From: Eledone cirrhosa
Lineage: Eukaryota
Reading direction: 5' to 3'
Assembly (NCBI GenBank): GCA_964016885.1
Contig: OZ024751.1
Coordinates: 17,546,001 to 17,610,000 of the forward strand
Length of the DNA: 64,000 nucleotides
Shown piece by piece: positions 53,607-64,000 of this stretch. Each line of letters begins with the position of its first letter. The stretch's first letter is position 1. The notes beneath the pieces were generated by a model. That model had not been told where the DNA came from, did not search any database, and saw nothing but the letters and a program-made list of their open reading frames with translations. The position numbers and the translations under genes were made by a program.

Positions 53607-53892
53607 TGCGTGAATGTATGTGTGCGTAAAAGGAAGGAAGGGGATGGTGAAACAACTCTAGCAAAACAGCGGCTGGCGTTCCATTTGTTACGCTGTGTGT
53701 GAGTGTATTTGGATGTGTGTGTGTGTTTGTATAAATGTATGTTTGTGAGTGTCTATTTTTGTTAGTGTGTGTGTGTGTTTGCGCGTTTACATTCAAATAC
53801 TTATACAGGCGTCTGTGCGATGAACAAATTCCAGTATTATTATATAGTGCCTATATAAGAAAATCATTATTATATTGTATCCTTTGTAGTAT

Positions 53893-54380
53893 AGAGTTAC
53901 CTCCCTTTACAGTCTGAGTTCAAATCCCGTCGAGGTTTACTTTGCCTTTCATCCTTACGGGGTCGATAAAATAAAGTACCAGTCATACAGTCTCTCGCTT
54001 CTGGCATCCGTCTGACTCGGGGAAACAATGGAGATTCCGCCATGGAAGTCAGTCTGTCGTGGAAATGCAGCGTCGGCTCTGGCTGTAGAGCCCCATCCTC
54101 GAACGACAGGTCCTGTTTCAGTTGCTGCATGTGAAGACGATGTCGTCCAGGGACGCTGACGCCGCTCTCTGACGTCTGCGTGCTCCTCTTTCTTCCCACT
54201 GCTCCTCTCTCCTGTGCTCTGATGTCTTCATGGTCCACTCAATGGCCCACTTAATGGGCGAATCCATGGCCGACTCCATGGCCGACTTAATGGCCGACTT
54301 GAAGTCACACAATGGGATCGATATAATCGACTTTCCCCTCCCCCTAAAAAATTGCTGGCCTTATGACTAAATCAGAAGTA
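53893..54380 (+). mobile_element. SINE interrupted by an RTE fragment
   Basis: SINE core ends at about 53985 and resumes at about 54310. Confidence 0.7.
53990..54310 (-). pseudogene. RTE LINE extreme 3' fragment
   Basis: EEQWEERGARRRQR...FTCSN*NRTCRSRMGLYSQSRRC (terminal zinc finger of RTE elements). Confidence 0.75.
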
Positions 54381-54395
54381 AATTATTATATTGTA

Positions 54396-54748
54396 GGCGA
54401 TGGATTGAAAGTATCGGTAGAGCGTCTGACAACATGCTTTGAGGTATATAGTTACGACCCTTTACGGACTCAATTCAAATTCCACCGAGGTTAGCTTTGC
54501 CTTTCATCCTTCCGGAACCGATATAATGAAGCAACAAGGGTGGTGGATTGGCAGAATCTGTAGAGCGTCGGACAACATGCTTTGCGGCATATGTACAGCC
54601 TTTACGTTCTGATTTCAAATCCCGCCGAGGTTAGCTTTGCCTTTCAAGAGTCGATAAAATAAAGCACCAGTAATGCTCTGAGGTTGATTTAATAGACTTT
54701 CCCCTCCCCAAAAATTGTTGGCCTTGTGCCTAAATCAGAAACCGTTAT
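54396..54748 (+). mobile_element. Two older SINE family 1-related copies
   Basis: A and B boxes and the GCCTTTCA core. Confidence 0.75.
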
Positions 54749-56247
54749 GTTGTAGAGAGTTGAATAAAATTACTGTTTTATCCTTTTTACTGGCTTCAGT
54801 CATTAGCCTGCGGCTGTATTGGAACTCCGGTTTGATTTAGTCGATTATGTCCACACCTGTACTCATTGGCTTTCATGCCTGGCACTTTTTTTTATAAATG
54901 TCTTTTATTTTTCGAACCTCTAAATTACTGGAATTAAACACAGACAAAATCTTAAACGCAGACGCAAACTCAGATACGACGGGTTTCTGTTTTCCATCAA
55001 CCAAACATTCCATCTACCAAACTTCTGTTTTCCATCACAAAACATTGCTCAACCTGACGCTTTAATAAAAGACATTTGCACAAGGGTTTTGAATCGAAAA
55101 CCTTAACCACACTACCATGGCTGTGACTTTCGAATCATGCTGAAAGCAATCAAGAATTTGGAGCGGTTTATTTATAACTAATTTTATTCTTATTAAGTTG
55201 GTGTTTGGAACAATATAACAAAGGTCCTTATATAAAATTATGTTGGAAAGATTTCAGATAATTATAAATAATTTCATATAGACTGTCTTGAATCAATAGA
55301 TCAAAGTTTGGTATAAATGTAAGTTAAGAAAGCACTTAAAACTTTAGGAAAAAGCAAAGAAATTTAAAAGCATCTATTTTAAATGCTATATAATGCAGGA
55401 CAAAAAATAAAACATGACAAAGGGCGGAAGAACTCATAATAGTCAACGGCCATCTAAAAGTAAAGAAAAATATTCTGCCAAATCAATGGGTGTCAGTAGT
55501 TCCAGTTGCACGCATCGAAAGACTGGTGTAGTAGTTCTGAGAACAGTGCGTCTTTGCAGATGATGAATATAAATTGACAATGGAAAGGCGCTACCGCTCG
55601 AGTTATAAGAAAACTATTGACCTTCAGGAGAAGATGCTACCCCTGATTGTATTCAGCAACCGAAACAAATATGAAGTACACCAAATCCAATGCTCATAGG
55701 GGCGGCCTTGGTTCTTATTTGCGAGTGTAAACTCGGTCCGATTAGATAGATATAATGAAATGTTGATGTTTTGATTGGCGGAATTGTTAAAGTATTCCTT
55801 CCAGTCAGGATACCCCTCAGTGTCTGATCAGGCTTTGTGCATTCTTAGCTCAGTCTCTGCTTCCTCTTGCCACGATTTGTGCTTGGCAAGAAGATCCAGC
55901 AACTGAAAGATTGTCCAAAGAAAAGTGTTCACTTGGTACGATCCGACGATCGCAATCTTTAGTTCCATTTCCTTTCAGTTATATAAGAGCAATCTGTCTT
56001 TTTGTTTCTTATCTCAGACAAAATGTTTCCGCTTAGAGAACACAAGATGATATATATTTCCTGTGATATATTACAATTTCAAATCACTGTCATCAGATAA
56101 CAGCAATTCAACACACTTTCGCTTTTAGCGAAACCGAATGACATTAATATACATCGATAACTATCTAATTAGTACACTTTATAGACAAATAGTTGAACTA
56201 CTGCAAGATATGAAAAAAAAAGATGTTAACATTTCTCGCGCGCACGC

Positions 56248-56281
<34 letters not shown>

Positions 56282-56537
56282 CAAAAAAGCATTCAAAGCA
56301 TGTGATCTAGTAGATAGAATGCTGGACTCATGTTCGTAATTTCATTGGTTCAATTTCAGGACCGGGTGGTACGTTTAGCTTTTAAGCAAGAAACTTCATT
56401 TCACGTCGCTTTTTGTGAGAGAACTCATACAAATGCCATTAAAAAACCCGAGAAGCCTCCTATGAGATACCAACATTTATGAGACTAACTAGATCGGCAT
56501 AGGGGTAAGCTGTAAAATTATTTTTTCTGAAAATAAA

Positions 56538-56680
56538 TAATTGTTTCTACGTTAGGCACAAGGCCAGCAATTACCCAGTGCATTACTGGTACTTTATTTT
56601 ATCGACCCCGTAAGGATGAAAAGCAAAGTCAACCTCGGCGGGATTTGAACTCAGATCGTAAAGGGACGTAACTATGCTGG
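56538..56680 (-). mobile_element. 5'-truncated SINE family 1 with target-site duplication
   Basis: AAATAAATAAT on both sides. Confidence 0.85.
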
Positions 56681-58874
56681 AAATAAATAATAGTTTGGAC
56701 TATCTTTCTCAAAATTATTTTATGCTACTCAATTTCTTACCAGTTGAAACTCTATTTAGAAAAGGATTCAAAAGCCCAAAAGTGATATCAGACGAGGAAA
56801 TCTATGTTTCCATTGATCTTTCTATAGTTGATACTATATACGATTGCCAGCCCTCGTAGAATTTGACTGGATTTGAACTCAGAAAGTGCGAGGCCGGATG
56901 GGAAAGAACAAACATCCTGTCCGATTTGTTAGCAGTTTCGCCATTTCCAGCCCATTCATTAACATGAAGGTTGAAAATCTGAAAGACATAATTACCCTAA
57001 GCGAGATTTGAACTTAGAACGTAAGGTGGGGGGAAAACAACCACATTGAATTCGATGTAATAGTACGTGCCAATTCGTTGCCTTAATATAAGAATATACA
57101 CAATATTAAATTATTCTCTTTCAAATACAAACTCTGATCGACGTATTTTCTCCACCTGTAAATGCTCCACTGTTCTCCCCTAGAGGCACTACGTCATCTT
57201 AATTATGTCACCCCTTGCTGCATCTTTAGGTTGCATCTTAAAACTTAGCTCGTATTCCTCTTCCTTATTATCGACATCGCCAACATTTAGCATTCTTGTC
57301 ATCGTCGTTATCAAACCACCAACAGCATCATTACTGTCATCATCATCATCATCGTCACCATCATCGTCCTCCTCGTCCGTTTCCTCAACCTCCTCATCAT
57401 CGGCATCCTCATCATCAACAGGTGTTATCTGCCCACTGCAAGGCAACGGCTTATCACAAACCAATGGCAATTGTTCCTATATTGTGCCACTCTCCTATAG
57501 GTAATACCCAGCAATATACCCATTGATCTACCCCTCATCATCTCGTTTCCTTTGTTTTCTTTAACTACGGACACCACTTGCTCTCTTCTTCAGACGCCAT
57601 TCTCTATATAGCCTTTGCCCCCCCCCCCCCCCCCCGGTTATCCATTGTGTCTGCCAAATGACCTGGCCCATTTCATTTTCTCTTCTTAATATGCATTATA
57701 GCGTCGTATACATTGACATGTGTTCCCACTGCTATACATCGATAAAATTCCTAATTGGATATTTATCTTTATTTAAATGCTATTCAATTTTGCTCAAAGC
57801 TAACTGTATAAACTGTATAAGTCCGATGTCCTCTGATAACAGTGATTTTAGATTCTAATTTAGCAATAGGAAATGGATTTTATGGTGTTTGAATAGAAAA
57901 AAAATATTTTGTTTAACTTCTTTTTTGTTTCGTCTTTTTTGTTTCGTCTTTTTTGTTTCGTCTGTTTTGTTTTGTCTGGAAATAAAATTCTTCTTTTATA
58001 ACTTAATTTTAATTCTTTAACCCGTATGTTCCCGTATTTCTAATGAAAAAAGAAGAAGATACTCGTATGATTTCCTAATGATGTAGAAAATAATCAAGAT
58101 AGTGTATGTGTAAATCAAGATATTGAATGTATAAATAATAATCTCATTATTTATCTAGTGTTTGGAACATAACTTATCAAAAGTTCTTTCATAAAATTAT
58201 ATTGGAAGGATTTATTAAAAGCCACCTTTCGAGTGGTTTTCCGCTAGCATGTGTAGTGTGTATATTGGTATTATACGCAAGTATATATACATGTAGATAT
58301 GATATATCAAATAAAATCATAATTGACAATATACACAGAAATTTAACGAAGACTGTGTTACACTGTTTTATGTAACGTAATCCATGATACATTAAAAAAA
58401 GACGATATTATATATAAACTGCATTAGGAGAAAATTAGTGACAGAAAATTAGTATGTTTATTTATTCAAAGTAATCCAACTTATTTTAATGGGATAAAAA
58501 ATTATAAACCGTACGCAGTCCCGCGCACCTCCCTTTATTATAGTTTAGATAAGCACTTTAAAAGAAACAAATTTCTATCATAGAATCAGGAACGGGTTCA
58601 GGAGGTTTAGTATCAAAATGCTTAAATCACAGTTTTTTCAAAATAAATCAAATATTACATATCTATACATAAAACCCCTTAATCACTGTTTAAGGTATTT
58701 TTATTCCTTTATATGCAGCGCTCTATCCGCCACCGCCCACACAAAATGCACCTCAAGGCTCATATCTAGCACCATCTCAGATTTTAGAGAATATATCTCA
58801 TCTCTGTAAATTTAATTTGAGAAAATATATTTGACCAGTGTAACGTTGATAAAATTATATATATATATATATAT

Positions 58875-59867
58875 ATCCAAAATTAAGTTAAATTAAGGGT
58901 ATCATGTCAGATAGACATGCGCCATATCACCCGTACAATATGCTCCAAGATTCTAATGAATAGCTCCGAGCATTTTATATCAAATAGAAATTGATTGACA
59001 TATAAATATATCTAAAATAAACATATGAAACAATCACAGGGGATAATTTGTAAAAGTGTGTAAGCACACATAGCTAGGTAGGTAACTAAATAAAGTTTAA
59101 CTAGAACTTCAAAAATAGATACCTTATAAATTGATTAATAATGCTTGTATATATTCCATTAAAGAAATATATTTCACCAATTAATCGATTGGTAAACGAC
59201 AGTAGCCAGATCCTGGATTTTCAACAAGGAAGAGGTCCAACCATCTGTGTTTACGCATCAAATTCAAATCAGCGACTGGCCAGTAACACGTGCTGTATTT
59301 ACTAAAAATACACACATAGTACCAGCTTCGTCCCAGTGGCGTGAATAGGGTTATCGACAACTAGTGATATGGCGCATGTCTATCTGACATGACACCCTTA
59401 ATTTAACTTAATTTTGGATATATATAAATACGGCCCCTTAATTGTAGAGTTAACTCAGTTGAAAGGACTTGACTGCTATTTCTGGTTGTCGATAACCCTA
59501 TTCACGCCACTGGGACGAAGCTGGTACGATGTGTGTATTTTTAGTAAATACAGCACGTGTTACTGGCCAGTCGCTGATTTGAATTTGATGCGTAAACACA
59601 GATGGTTGGACCTCTTCCTTGTTGAAAATCCAGGATCTGGCTACTGTCGTTTACCAATCGATTAATTGGTGAAATATATTTCTTTAATGGAATATATACA
59701 AGCATTATTAATCAATTTATAAGGTATCTATTTTTGAAGTTCTAGTTAAACTTTATTTAGTTACCTACCTAGCTATGTGTGCTTACACACTTTTACAAAT
59801 TATCCCCTGTGATTCTTTCATATGTTTATTTTAGATATATATATGTCAATTAATTTCTAGTTGATAT
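58875..59867. repeat. Fold-back element in (TA)n with inverted arms of about 385 bp
   Basis: 58976-59361 is inverted at 59485-59867; 58875-58930 is inverted at 59364-59419; the left part is homologous to 6010-6430. Confidence 0.85.
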
Positions 59868-60254
59868 ATATATATATATATATATATATTAAGAGGGCAT
59901 TGAAGCAATGTAGGAAATGTAGACAATAGTGTGCTTTTTATAGACTACAGTGTAGAAAATATACTGCTTTTATAGGTCACAGCAAAGTAAATAGGAAATT
60001 AAATATAAAGAATAACAATACCAAAGTTGTTGGGATATTATAGTTGTGATGGATTAGTCTTTAATATTCCGGGATAAAATCCCGATTTCTAAAGAATAAT
60101 GGGGAAACTAATTTGGTGCAGAATATCCTGTGTTCTTTCTAACAAAAAGTTAAAGCATTTATTGAATAACTAAATATGTAAGTTTCACTATTGACTTGTA
60201 TATGTGGTTTTCTTTCTCATTACTGCTAGCACATTGCACTTCTGTGACACACTC

Positions 60255-60307
60255 AAGCCTCCAAACAGCCCCAAGGAGGTAGACACCTCCCACTTTGGGA
60301 ATCCCTG
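60255..60307 (-). mobile_element. hAT/Charlie-like terminal remnant
   Basis: CAGGGATTCCCAAAGTGGG resembles a Charlie-type terminal inverted repeat; partner end not found. Confidence 0.35.
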
Positions 60308-61318
60308 GTCTAATATCACATTTACACGAACATTCCACTTCTAAATAATTAGAGAAGAAAAATAAATTTGACCAAAACAAAACAGAACAAAAGATTTCAG
60401 AAGGAGGAAAATATTAATACATTTTAAGTGGGGAATTAGCAGTCACTAATACTTGGGGCGCAAGCTGTCCTACCCAGATGTCATCTCCAGAGATTCTTGT
60501 GTTGAAATCAAGGACTTGGCAATGAAGGACAGACCCACGTAGAGATCAATTGTTGAATCTATTTCGGCTGAGGCCACCGGATGGTGAAGACTTCGGATTA
60601 AATTCCACTGATTAAATGCCACTGATAGAGTCCAACGAAAAGACATAGGCAGATACAGCATTGCACAAGCAGGTGTTGTCACAACTAAGGATTTATCTCT
60701 GAAGATACTGAAACTACATGAAATAAAGTGTACTGTTCAAGAAGAGAACAAGCCGTAGAGTACAGGAAAGAAACTCGTTACCTTACAACAGTTAGTCTGA
60801 CATTCTACCCACTAAGCTACGCACCTTCCCATCAGCTGAATAACAAAATAAATGAATGGTACCGAATATAACAATATATAGTATTAATGAGGTGTTTTAT
60901 TCCCTCTCTCTCTATTTTATATATATATATATATATATATAAGTGTGTGTGTGTATAGCGAGAGAGAGAGAGAGATGTATGTATATATATATATATATAT
61001 ATATTTACATATACATATATATATACATCGTATTCCTTCGATCATCAACAATCACGCGTTATTTGCAAACTTCATGAGCATAAGTTCTGTCAATGAACAT
61101 TGATGATTGATTTTTTTTTTTGTTTCGATGGTGAAATGGATATCGAAACAATGAAGAAGTATTCGATTACTGCCGGAAGTGCACCAATTCCAATTTATTA
61201 TTGGAAAGAGTCAGAAAATTAATTACCAATATCATTCTCCCAAATGTAAACATCCTCAGTATGAACAACCGACATTGAGAAAACTCAGTCTAAGAGTTGT
61301 CAATCTCTATTAGAAATA

Positions 61319-61359
<41 letters not shown>

Positions 61360-61439
61360 TCACAATATATATACACATATATATACACATTTCAACAACA
61401 TTCTAATAAATATATGTATATATATTATTTTGGGCCATT

Positions 61440-61481
<42 letters not shown>

Positions 61482-61772
61482 GAGACGCACACAGACAGAG
61501 AGATACAGGCAGATACACAGAGAGACAGAGAGAGTCAGAGAGAGACAGAGAGAGACAGAGAGAGACAGAGACAGACAGAGAGACAGAATATATAGAGAGT
61601 ATATGTATATATATTGCTATATTTCACGTAGTTAAAGGATTTCGCTTCGATGTCGCAATATTTCAGTTTCGATATCATTGTAGGGTGACATGCGCAAGTA
61701 TTATAGTGTTTGAGTTCTCAAACTGGTGAACCAATAGTAACTAAGCGTTACACCCCCCACCCCCACCCCACC

Positions 61773-61804
<32 letters not shown>

Positions 61805-62084
61805 AATTAACTCGAATATCGAGTTTTGAAACGAAATTACTGCGAAGAATAGTGGGCTCGTAACAACAGAGAAATAAATATCTTCGTTAAATAAATGTTT
61901 GTGTTGAGACAGCTCAGAGAGAGAGAGAGAGAAATGGAGGTGTCCAATCGACCTCAAATCGCGAGAAAGAAAGAGGAATGTCACTGGAAGAAGAACTGGC
62001 CTGTAGAAGGGAAAAGGTGGGAGGGAGAGAGGGAAAGAATGTAAGAACGGGGAACAGAGGAAGAAGGAAGAAAGGTCAACTCAC

Positions 62085-62124
62085 CTTAAACATGGAAACA
62101 ATCCACGATAGAAGGCCAGAATAG
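62085..62124 (-). other. Candidate 40-nt host exon
   Basis: Pyrimidine tract plus TAG acceptor, AAG|GTGAGT donor; open frames YSGLLSWIVSMFK or ILAFYRGLFPCL. Confidence 0.3.
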
Positions 62125-63339
62125 CTATTAAAGGTATAAACAAAATTAACTCATTTATCAAAGAATATATACATACACAACCACACACATCCACACCAAC
62201 AAAGTTAGTTGCCTTGAATAATGTTATAATGAATAAGCGGGTCTCTCTCTCCGTCCTTCGGGGCAATTTCATCTCCACTTTCACCAACACAGAATGCCAA
62301 CCCGAACACAATAGTTTAGGGTCTTTATGAATGAGTATCTTGGCATCGTTGGACATTGTAGAACATCAATAGAAAGTACGAGAAGAGGTACATATATCCT
62401 CTGCAAATAACCTCACTGATAAGCTAGCTTCTTTTCCAGAGAGTTATGTACCCCTCTTCTACTTCTTACCGTATATACTACAACATCAACCGAGAAATAT
62501 TTGACAAAAGATCTGGTGGTAAAATGTCTTCTTTCTGTAAGCCGGGACCACGAAGCGGTCGGCATATTAGGGTAGGAGACTTGATATTTTCTGACATAAA
62601 AATGATGATGGTAGCCACCATTATAAAGATTTATGTTTGGTTACTCAACAATGATGATGGTAGCCACCATTATAAAGATTTATGTTTGGTTACTCAACAA
62701 GTGAAATTGTATTAATAAGCTAGTATATCATTCTGTTTATGTACTTGTGTCTGTATGTAAGTATGTCACGTAAAACATCTCGATCAGGAGAGAGAATGTA
62801 GACTGAGTAAAGTGGCAATTAAAAAAAAAAAAAGACAATAGTGTATAGCGAAGAGAGATGAAAACGATCTGAGGCAGAAGAAAGGGAACGCTGCTTACAT
62901 ATATTCACACGCACACACATACTCATATGCAAAATACTGAAAATTGCAGGCATGGATGTTGTTTAATAGAAGCAGTGGTGCTGGTTAAGGTCATGGCAAG
63001 GAATTAGAAGACGAGGAAGAATATATATTTTGTTTGTTTTCTTTGTATTTTAAATTTTTTTTTTAAACTTCAATTATTTAACGCACGTGGTTTATTGTAA
63101 TTAACTGTTTTCTGCTAGACAAGAATGAATGTTAGCACCTGGAGTTAAATTGACACTTTGTTATTGCAATTTATCTCGTGAGATTAGTTTATTCTATGGC
63201 AATTAATAAAACACTGGACGAAAGATGTAATAAGATACAGATTTACTAAACACGACCAATGTTGTTAGAATAGTTAAATAAAATAAGCGAGGAGAATAAA
63301 TCTTTGTGTATAACGAAGTAATATAGTCAGGATACATAT

Positions 63340-63540
63340 TTATCTTCTTCATTCACTTATTGCTGACAGGGTCGTTGGAGTACAGTTCTCAAACACTTCT
63401 TCCAGCGGATCCTGTCAGGAGCAACTGTCTCCAACTTAACCAGCCAAGCTCATGGATGTTATCCAACCATCTTGCTCGGGGTCTACGCCTAAGTCTCCTA
63501 CCTGTTGGTTTTATCAGTATATATTTATGATAAAGATAAT
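63340..63540 (-). pseudogene. RTE LINE 3' remnant
   Basis: KPTGRRLRRRPRARWLDNI...APDRIRWKK. Confidence 0.7.
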
Positions 63541-63559
63541 TGTCTAATGATTCAAATAA

Positions 63560-63776
63560 ATGTTTCTACATTTGGCACAAGGCCGGCAATTTGAAGGGAA
63601 TGAGAAAATCGATTAAATCGACCCCAATGCATTACTGGTGCTTTATGTTATCCTCCTGGTAAGGATGAAAGGCAAAGATACCTTTGGCGAGATTTGAACA
63701 TAGACTGTAAAGGGCCGTAACTCTATTCTATGAAGCATTTTGTCCGACGCTCTACCGACTCTGCCAATCAACTGCC
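63560..63776 (-). mobile_element. Older SINE family 1-related copy
   Basis: Reverse-complement head, core and tail. Confidence 0.8.
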
Positions 63777-64000
63777 GTTCTAATGGTTCAAATAATACAC
63801 TGTACTACAGCCGTCACTTGCATTCGAGTAAGACTTGGTGGTATGTATTATGCTTTCGCTAATGGATTTAGGTGCCTGTGCCATCGCGAACAGACATGGA
63901 CACTCTTTCTATTTTCCATTCTTTGATCCAGCGGAGCAATCACAATATGAGGGTTGGAAGGAGAGAGGGCTTTACTACGGTTGAGATGGTACTTACTTTA

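Noticed and set aside
56058-56105. CTGATGA...GAAATTGTAATA on the minus strand
   Set aside because: Stem II does not pair and the stem I register is off.

Overview
AT-rich, repeat-dominated animal (eukaryotic) DNA with no confidently identifiable host gene. The SINE families and the very high (TA)n/(CA)n microsatellite load resemble an octopus-type cephalopod genome (inference). Nearly all ORFs in the supplied track are microsatellite translations. The real coding remnants are transposon-derived: a young, 5'-truncated Penelope-like element (RT plus GIY-YIG, Naiad-like) with about 816-bp inverted terminal repeats, a second GIY-YIG fragment, and fragments of RTE, L1/Tx1, CRE and Gypsy elements. 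There are more than 20 tRNA-derived SINE copies, a Tc1/mariner MITE and three minisatellites, one of which grew out of a SINE. The most notable signal is at least 15 complete type I hammerhead ribozyme motifs of about 8 sequence families, folded here by hand. They lie in short non-coding cassettes embedded in (TA)n tracts, often as fold-back pairs. They include core variants (U3-A8 compensatory pair; CCGAUGA), one with an approximately 90-nt stem II, and a 312-nt retrozyme-like unit with a terminal direct repeat. Coordinates were read by eye; no searches or folding programs were run.
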